Source of the DNA: Candidatus Thorarchaeota archaeon
GTDB taxonomy: Archaea; Asgardarchaeota; Thorarchaeia; Thorarchaeales; Thorarchaeaceae
Assembly: GCA_016840855.1 (NCBI GenBank)
Contig: JAEORO010000024.1
Coordinates: 1 to 43,142, forward strand
Direction: 5' to 3'
DNA length: 43,142 nucleotides
The notes beneath the pieces are model-generated. The model saw only the letters and a program-made list of their open reading frames with translations. It searched no databases and was not told the DNA's origin. Position 1 is the stretch's first letter, and the number at the start of each line of letters is the position of its first letter. This document shows positions 36,975-43,142 of this stretch, piece after piece. The position numbers were made by a program, and so were the translations under genes.

Positions 36975-37901
36975 ATGGTAGTTGGCTATGAGGTGCTGGA
37001 AGATGGGACCCTGAATGAGGTCGAATTGTCTAAAGATGATCTTGACTCCTCAAAAGTTGTCTGCGTTGTCGACGATGAAACCAAGAGCATCTATCTGTGG
37101 AAGGGGACTCAAGCAGGTATTAGGAGGAAATTCATAGGCGCCAGGGTTGCTACCAACCTGAGAACGGAATATGGCTTTCACTTCAAAGTGCGACCATTAG
37201 ACGAAGGGGAAGAGCCACCTACTTTCTTCACGGCCTTAAATGGAACTACAGCGGCTGAAAGAGTGTTAAAGCCGGGGGAGCCAGCTCCGCCTCCAAAACC
37301 ACCAATGCCAAAGACTCAAACAACTGAAGAACCCATATCATCAACTTCCGCACCACCAAAACCTAAACCAGCAGAGCCAATGACACAACCAACGACAACA
37401 GCACCACCGCCCAGACCACCTACATCGACAACAAAATCAACATCACCTCCACCAAGACCACCTACTAGCACACCAACTGCACAAGCTCCAGCTGGGGACA
37501 TTCAAGCAATGATTAATGAGCTTGAAACAGTAGACCCACCCGAAGGATATCAACGGGAGCTGCTGATTATATACAATGAGCTCTTCACAGTGGCAGAGCA
37601 CAAGATTACTGTCTTTGGACAAGAGAAAGTAGAGAGGAAGTTTGAGAAAGTAAAGGATCCACCCGAAGGTACCTTCATGGCGGAAGGGTTCATTCCCCGC
37701 GTAATTGTTAAAGACGGAAGAGTATTAGGTATTGAATTACTGAAAGGAACACCAGACGCTATCCTAAGTCCTATTAAAGCAGAGATGAAAGAGCGTCTTG
37801 GAGACCTTATTAGCTTCTTCAGATCAGAACTGGAAGAAGAATCAGATGTAGATCAAAAGAAAAAGAGTAAAGCAAAAGGCAAGAAGCTAGTTGCAAAATA
37901 A
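36975..37901 (+). CDS. Gelsolin-domain protein with Pro-rich linker and C-terminal domain (1DGelX-like architecture)
   Basis: EVELSKDDLDSSKVVCVVD...IYLWKG...K...ARVA...LDEGEEPPTFFTALNG matches the gelsolin repeat consensus; P/T-rich linker; basic tail. Confidence 0.85.
   Translation: MVVGYEVLEDGTLNEVELSKDDLDSSKVVCVVDDETKSIYLWKGTQAGIRRKFIGARVATNLRTEYGFHFKVRPLDEGEEPPTFFTALNGTTAAERVLKPGEPAPPPKPPMPKTQTTEEPISSTSAPPKPKPAEPMTQPTTTAPPPRPPTSTTKSTSPPPRPPTSTPTAQAPAGDIQAMINELETVDPPEGYQRELLIIYNELFTVAEHKITVFGQEKVERKFEKVKDPPEGTFMAEGFIPRVIVKDGRVLGIELLKGTPDAILSPIKAEMKERLGDLISFFRSELEEESDVDQKKKSKAKGKKLVAK
37404..37472 (+). repeat. Duplicated PPPRPPTST motif, 42-bp period
   Basis: CCACCGCCCAGACCACCTAC at 37404 and CCTCCACCAAGACCACCTAC at 37446. 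Confidence 0.75.
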
Positions 37902-37935
37902 TAATGAATGATTGCATGAAAAAGAGGTAAACAAA

Positions 37936-38325
37936 ATGTCATCTCATCTCGATCCTGCAAAGGAAAAGGAACTTGTTGAGCTATTAATGGGTCTGACTAA
38001 TTACGCGGACCTTGATGCAATAGCTGTGGTGAGCAAACAGGGAGTCAAACTCGCGTACTTTGCTACTGAGGACTCTGAGGCAGATCCTGATCTAATGGCT
38101 GCTGTTAGTGCAGCACTCTTAATGACAGGAGACATGGCTGCAAGTAAACTTGAGCTCAGTGATCTCTATGAAGTCGTTGTTCGTGGAAAGGACGGCTTTG
38201 TAGTTCTATCTCATGCAGGTGAATTCTTGCTCATGGGTTCAGCCAAGGACTTAACATCCATGGGTCTTGCAGTGACTCAGATGAGGAAATACGCTAAAGA
38301 AGTTGGAGAGCTTCTGGGTCAATAA
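37936..38325 (+). CDS. Roadblock/LC7 (MglB/LAMTOR-like) domain protein
   Basis: AIAVVSKQG...DLMAAVSAALL...L.EVVVRGKDGFVVL...MGLA; GAGGT SD before ATG 37936. Confidence 0.9.
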   Translation: MSSHLDPAKEKELVELLMGLTNYADLDAIAVVSKQGVKLAYFATEDSEADPDLMAAVSAALLMTGDMAASKLELSDLYEVVVRGKDGFVVLSHAGEFLLMGSAKDLTSMGLAVTQMRKYAKEVGELLGQ

Positions 38326-38400
38326 TTCTACTCGATTTATTGAATCCGTACGAGGTACTCATATTACAGGTCTTCACTAACTGGTATGATAGAGTAAGAG

Positions 38401-38817
38401 TTGGTTGTCGCGAACTTGAAGGGCATTATTGTGTTTGATGAAGCAGGGATTCGGCAAGCTTCAGTTGGTCTTGAAAATATTAGGGTCAACCAAGAGCTGT
38501 TTGGCTCGTTTATGTCAGCGATACAAACCTATGCCCAAAGATCCATGGGTAGCGAAATGAAGGGACTCACCTATAGCAATGTTCGACTGATGATGGGACG
38601 AGCAGGCGAAAACTATGTTGTGACACTCCATTCAGTAGATGACCCAGATGCAGAATGGAACCATCGAGCGACATTGCGAGTTGTTGAAGGCGATGGCTTC
38701 AAGCTGAATAATCAATATTTGGAAATCCTAAAAGAACTCCTTACAGAAGAGGAGTTGTCCATTGATGAAGCAGCAACATTGACATTAATGAAACGAAATA
38801 ATGTATATGATTCATGA
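38401..38817 (+). CDS. Longin/roadblock-like (profilin-like fold) small protein
   Basis: GIIVFDEAG...ELFGSFMSAIQTYA...GSEMKGLTY pattern typical of Asgard longin-like domains. Confidence 0.65.
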   Translation: MVVANLKGIIVFDEAGIRQASVGLENIRVNQELFGSFMSAIQTYAQRSMGSEMKGLTYSNVRLMMGRAGENYVVTLHSVDDPDAEWNHRATLRVVEGDGFKLNNQYLEILKELLTEEELSIDEAATLTLMKRNNVYDS

Positions 38818-38900
38818 TTTTAGGAAATCATCTGACATTTCGTGCATTAAATAACGATATTGCTTAATAGGACTGCGTATTGGAACTAGTCCGGTGTTAC

Positions 38901-40172
38901 ATGGAAGCCGCTGGATTAATTGTGCTTGCAATATTCATAATCGTGGTTCTCATAATACTGAGTGAAAGAGTGAATGACACTGCTGCAGCACTCCTAGGTT
39001 TCGGTGCATCTGCTTGTGTGATCTATTTCATGCAGGACATTCCCTTCATGGATTTCGCAGGGACAATCGGTTGGGACATAATTCTCTTTGTCACATCGAT
39101 GATGATTATTGTGTCTGTTGTAGCATCCTCAGGACTCTTCCAATATGTTGCATTGATACTTGCGGTAAGAACTGCAGGAAATCCCAAACGAATCTTCAAG
39201 TACTTCTTGGTTCTCGTGTTCATTATTTCTTTGTTCTTCGATCCTTTGCCTACGATGCTTATAGTGAGTGCTTTCACTGTACAGGTTTGTAATGCTATTG
39301 ATGTCGATTTCAGACCATACTTGATGAGTGAAGCCGTGGTGGCTTGCGTGGCATCATTTCCATCACCTATTGGTTCTATAACGAATCTAGTGATTGTTTT
39401 TCTTGCCGAAATAAACACTGGCTTAATGTTTTTTTCATTAATTCCACTTTCGTTAATCCTCTTTATCATAACTCTCGTTTATATGATGAGAAAATTTGCA
39501 GACGTTCTGGATGATTCGATTGAGAGAGACCTTACAGACATGTTCGCAATGGACCCCAATGTAACCATTCGATCAAGGTTTGATCTAATTGCGGCATGTG
39601 TAGGAATGTCTGTGCTCATTTTTGGAATTATAATCCTCCCGGAACAATCAGCAATGATTGCGCTTGTTGTTGCAGCAGCTCTACTAATTCCAACCAGAGA
39701 TAGGGCACGAGATTTATTCAGAAGACTATCCTGGGATTCTGTCTTTTTCTTGGCTGGTATGATGGGAATAGTTCAAGCTTTGGTCGTGACAGAAGTTATT
39801 CAAGACTTAGCGGGAGTACTTCAAGGAGTAGCAGAAACAAATGTATTTGCAGCTATTTTTGCTATGATCCTCATTCCAGGAGGTTTAATGGCACCTATTG
39901 ATGCAAAGGCAGTGGGTATTCTAATGGCTCCTGCTGCTAGAGAACTAACATCAGTTAACGCAATGATACCAATCTCTCTAACCTTGGGCACAAATGCTGG
40001 AGGATATGTCGTTCCATTTGGAGATGCTCCAAACATCGTTGTCGTGTCTGTCTGTGAGGACAATTTGAAGCCTCTAAGTTGGGGAGAGTTCAACAAGACA
40101 GTAATTCCTCTCGGGATTTTGCATTTAATTATCTCAACAATTTATTGCTCACTCTTTGGTTTAATACTCTAG
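38901..40172 (+). CDS. ArsB/NhaD (IT superfamily, P-protein/SLC13-like) permease
   Basis: SPIGSITN, WDSVFFLAGM and LGTNAGG..VPFGDAPN hairpin motifs. Confidence 0.85.
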   Translation: MEAAGLIVLAIFIIVVLIILSERVNDTAAALLGFGASACVIYFMQDIPFMDFAGTIGWDIILFVTSMMIIVSVVASSGLFQYVALILAVRTAGNPKRIFKYFLVLVFIISLFFDPLPTMLIVSAFTVQVCNAIDVDFRPYLMSEAVVACVASFPSPIGSITNLVIVFLAEINTGLMFFSLIPLSLILFIITLVYMMRKFADVLDDSIERDLTDMFAMDPNVTIRSRFDLIAACVGMSVLIFGIIILPEQSAMIALVVAAALLIPTRDRARDLFRRLSWDSVFFLAGMMGIVQALVVTEVIQDLAGVLQGVAETNVFAAIFAMILIPGGLMAPIDAKAVGILMAPAARELTSVNAMIPISLTLGTNAGGYVVPFGDAPNIVVVSVCEDNLKPLSWGEFNKTVIPLGILHLIISTIYCSLFGLIL

Positions 40173-40371
40173 AAACGACACACGAGTTTCAACCTGCCCA
40201 ACGCAGGAGAACAATTAGCAGTCCTTGGAACAACGTGACATGTTCGTCAATTCGGTTTGCATCCATGGTGGTGACTGCATTTCATCAATTTGTGATAAAT
40301 ATGGTTCTTGATACTTCGCAAAAAGGCATAATTACACTTGTATCTTCGATAACCTCAAAGGTGGTGTTCGT

Positions 40372-42039
40372 GTGGTTAGAAATCTGTCTCTAAATTTCTT
40401 GTTTAAGAAAGAAGGCACGAAGGTCAAACCTGAGTCCGAAAGCGTTTGTCTGGCTACTGCACTAGCCTCTGCAGAGTCTCAGAAAGGAAAAAGTACTAGG
40501 ATAGTTGGGTTGAGTAGATTATCACTCCCATTCTGGATTGTGCAGACCTCGCCAACAAAATCAATTGTTCTCTCTGCAGCAAGTAGTATGAGAAAGGATT
40601 TTCATTTCACTGACATGAAAGGAGCAAGTGAAGTAAAGAGAATAGTTAGCTCAGAGCTGTCTCAAGCAACAGATATTCCGAAGGTTGCCTTAAAGATACA
40701 ACCACTCCTTGAGAATATTGACAGCCATACTGCAGATATTGCTAACATAATCGAACCTGCATTAATCAATATGATTGGAAATTATGTTATTGCTTCCGAT
40801 CCTGTAGCTGAGCCTAACAGAGTTAATGTTCTTATTGACTCAGCTGTTGCACTAAAAAGGACAGAAGAGTTTAGGAAAATTTCCGAGTCTTCAAAGCTCC
40901 GAATAGAATCAGCTGAAACTCTGCAGAAGTTAATCCGGGAGAATTTTAGTGCTCAAACTACAATTCTAGAAAATGTCACAAATGTGGAATTGGAGCGTGG
41001 ACGTGAACGAATTAGAATGATGGAAGAGAGAACAAAACAAGAAATCGCCAAACTCACAAAGGATAAAGATGACAAGCTGTATGATTTGCGTGAAAAACAC
41101 AAAATGAACTTACGAGCCATGACTGCAGACTTCTCTCGATCTGTCAATGACCTTGAACAATTCTTCATTAATATTATCGAGGTCATAAGAAATGCTAGAT
41201 CGCAAATAAGCCAGAAAGAAGCCGATACTGAAGGTGCGATTGCTGTATATAGCAATCTCGTTGGCGCTCTAAAAAGTACAATGTCAAAAAGTCAACAGCC
41301 TTTAGATACAATGGAGGCTAAAAAAGCCAATTTGCAGAAGCATGTGACTGAAGCTCAATCGAAATATGAATCAGACAAACTAAAAGCTGAGGCTACACTA
41401 CAGACTGAAATTCAAGAGCGTCAGAAAAGAATCGATGAAGCTAGAAATGAAATGGAACTTAAAGCCAAAGAGCTCGATGAACTTATAGCTCAGGTGAATA
41501 CTGCAATAAATAAGACAGAACAAGCAGTAGAAGAGAGAGTTTTAGCGTTTCAACAAGAATTTCTTGGTCTAATGAATTGGACACTTGATAATAATTCGAT
41601 TATAGACCTCGCCCCGTTGACACTTATCGATATACACACATATGTAGCAAAATACGATGATCGATCTCAGAGAATTCTTACACCCATGTTCCTGCCTGAA
41701 GGGAACTTTCTGAGCATGGGAAAGGGCAATACTTTGAGTAATGATTTTGATGCCGCCATAAATGCCTTAATCGATGATTGGTTGAAAAATGACCAATCCT
41801 TCAGAGATTCCTTCGAGAGCGCATGTACGAAAGGCAATATGCTGCTAGCTCCTGAAGGTGAGCAACTCTTAGTCGAAGGGCTTGAGGAACTTCTAAGAAT
41901 AAAGCTTTTACAGCGAGATGACATAGAAAGAGTTCTTACCATTTGGAGCAGATACTCAGGGAAATGCCCAAAATGTGGCACAGTGGTAGAAGCAGGATCT
42001 CAGTTCTGTCAAAAATGTGGACTGGAATTGGTTAAGTAA
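40372..42039 (+). CDS. Long coiled-coil protein with C-terminal double zinc ribbon
   Basis: E/K/Q/A-rich heptad region at roughly aa 160-400; terminal CPKCG...FCQKCG. Confidence 0.85.
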   Translation: MVRNLSLNFLFKKEGTKVKPESESVCLATALASAESQKGKSTRIVGLSRLSLPFWIVQTSPTKSIVLSAASSMRKDFHFTDMKGASEVKRIVSSELSQATDIPKVALKIQPLLENIDSHTADIANIIEPALINMIGNYVIASDPVAEPNRVNVLIDSAVALKRTEEFRKISESSKLRIESAETLQKLIRENFSAQTTILENVTNVELERGRERIRMMEERTKQEIAKLTKDKDDKLYDLREKHKMNLRAMTADFSRSVNDLEQFFINIIEVIRNARSQISQKEADTEGAIAVYSNLVGALKSTMSKSQQPLDTMEAKKANLQKHVTEAQSKYESDKLKAEATLQTEIQERQKRIDEARNEMELKAKELDELIAQVNTAINKTEQAVEERVLAFQQEFLGLMNWTLDNNSIIDLAPLTLIDIHTYVAKYDDRSQRILTPMFLPEGNFLSMGKGNTLSNDFDAAINALIDDWLKNDQSFRDSFESACTKGNMLLAPEGEQLLVEGLEELLRIKLLQRDDIERVLTIWSRYSGKCPKCGTVVEAGSQFCQKCGLELVK

Positions 42040-42105
42040 GATATGGGTGATTTTTCACATAGTTAAAATCTATGAATTCTGTGAAATCATTCTCTAGAAG
42101 AAATG

Positions 42106-42873
42106 CTACATCATCCCGCGATAAAGTCCGCCATCGATGAGTAGCAATATTCCATGTATGAAGCTGGCAACTGGACTAAGCAGAAATGCACAAGGTTTCC
42201 CAAATTCATCTTGTTTCCCCAATCGACGCAATGCATTACTCGGCTTAGTTTCGCCTCTTGGAGTTTTATCATCTAACTTTAAACTAGAAGAGATTTGCTC
42301 GGTTCCTTGCTCTTGAATTGGACCGGGGCATACTGCATTTACTCGAATACCTTCATGTCCTAACTCATTCGCTAATGTTCGCATCATGCCAACGACTGCC
42401 AACCGTACAGAATTGGCAAGTAGAAAATTATCTGTCGGTTGTTTTACAGAACTAGATGTACTATACAGAATGGAGGGAGATTCTGATTTACGTAATAGAG
42501 GAAGCGCGTTCCTTGTCAGTCTGACGGAGCTCATCAAGGTTAATTCAATGGTAGATTTCCAGTCATCATCCGAAATGTCTGAAAAGTGACCGGGAGGTGG
42601 TCCTCCAGCATTAACAAACATTCCATCAAGTTTGGGGGTCATGTCCTTCACTTGAAGAAACAAGTTATCAATTTCCGCCGATCGTGAAAGATTAGCAACT
42701 ATGTATCGAGAATGATTACCTAAAGAAGCTACAGCTTTTTTCAATGAGTCTTCTGACCTAGAACAGATGATTACCTTTGCGCCTTCTTGAACTAATATCT
42801 TCGCTACGCTATAGCCCAATCCTTTTGACGCAGCAGTAACCAATATTGTACTGTCTTTGAATTGAAGATCCAT
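42106..42873 (-). CDS. SDR oxidoreductase (BKR-like subgroup)
   Basis: TAASKGLG, NAGGPPPG, LANSVR in place of YxxxK, and IDGG. Start trimmed to MDLQF. Confidence 0.9.
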   Translation of the reverse strand: MDLQFKDSTILVTAASKGLGYSVAKILVQEGAKVIICSRSEDSLKKAVASLGNHSRYIVANLSRSAEIDNLFLQVKDMTPKLDGMFVNAGGPPPGHFSDISDDDWKSTIELTLMSSVRLTRNALPLLRKSESPSILYSTSSSVKQPTDNFLLANSVRLAVVGMMRTLANELGHEGIRVNAVCPGPIQEQGTEQISSSLKLDDKTPRGETKPSNALRRLGKQDEFGKPCAFLLSPVASFIHGILLLIDGGLYRGMM

Positions 42874-43059
42874 GTTTACGGCATCACTAATACGTTTCAA
42901 AAGCCGCACAAATTTCTATATTACTAACTGAGCATAAGATGAGATAGAATCTGTTGAGGGGCTTAAGTAGCAAGTTGGCTTAGATGATTGAGTACTTCTA
43001 CCGCTCCACAAAGGAAAACAATATACGATGGATAAGATGCAGCTCACGCAGGGGTAAAA

Positions 43060-43142
43060 ATGAGATTAAACATCACTCCTCGTGCAGCGAATCTGCAGTA
43101 TGCAATCCGGGATATTGTTGTTGCAGCTAAGAAGTATCAGAA
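43060..43142 (+). CDS. Class I/II aminotransferase (alanine aminotransferase-like), 5' fragment
   Basis: MRLNITPRAANLQYAIRDIVVAAKKYQ; YAIRD is typical of archaeal AlaAT N-termini. Truncated by the window edge. Confidence 0.7.
   Translation, partial: MRLNITPRAANLQYAIRDIVVAAKKYQ

Noticed and set aside
35707-37472. Periodic repeats as a CRISPR array or VNTR element
   Set aside because: Repeats are in-frame, degenerate and encode Pro-rich peptides; there is no repeat-spacer structure and no cas genes.
37936-38817. Calling either small protein profilin
   Set aside because: The motif patterns fit roadblock/LC7 and longin-like domains better; the folds are related, and profilin cannot be supported by eye.
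40170-40285. Cys/His-rich minus-strand mini-ORF with in-frame TGA as a selenoprotein
   Set aside because: No recognisable selenoprotein context and no convincing SECIS.
42106-42873. SDR pseudogene because YxxxK is missing
   Set aside because: The S/A-N-x-x-R substitution is normal in this SDR subgroup and the frame is intact.

Overview
Gene-dense archaeal chromosomal window, most likely from an Asgard archaeon (Thorarchaeia-like). This assignment is an inference from the group II chaperonin, Rpo6, Ard1, AK6 and ThiR together with eukaryotic-signature proteins. About 40 CDS are present; no rRNA, tRNA, CRISPR array or IS element was seen. Main contents: housekeeping genes (M3 peptidase, AK6, ard1, DUF89 phosphatase, thermosome, rpo6, hisS, MEMO1), membrane/glycosylation genes, an SPFH-zinc-ribbon protein, a solitary adenine DNA methyltransferase, a ThiR-thiBPQ unit with a visible palindromic operator, and a six-repeat Ig-like surface glycoprotein. 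Three loci stand out. (1) A cytoskeleton/signalling cluster at 35.7-38.8 kb: a gelsolin-domain protein with a Pro-rich linker, then roadblock and longin-like genes, divergent from a multi-pass membrane protein with repeated polyproline motifs. (2) An operon for a non-PFL glycyl radical enzyme (GCLE motif) with its activase and a tandem PNPOx-like protein. (3) Rpo6 fused to an N-terminal helix-hairpin-helix domain. All assignments come from motif recognition by eye; no database searches were run.
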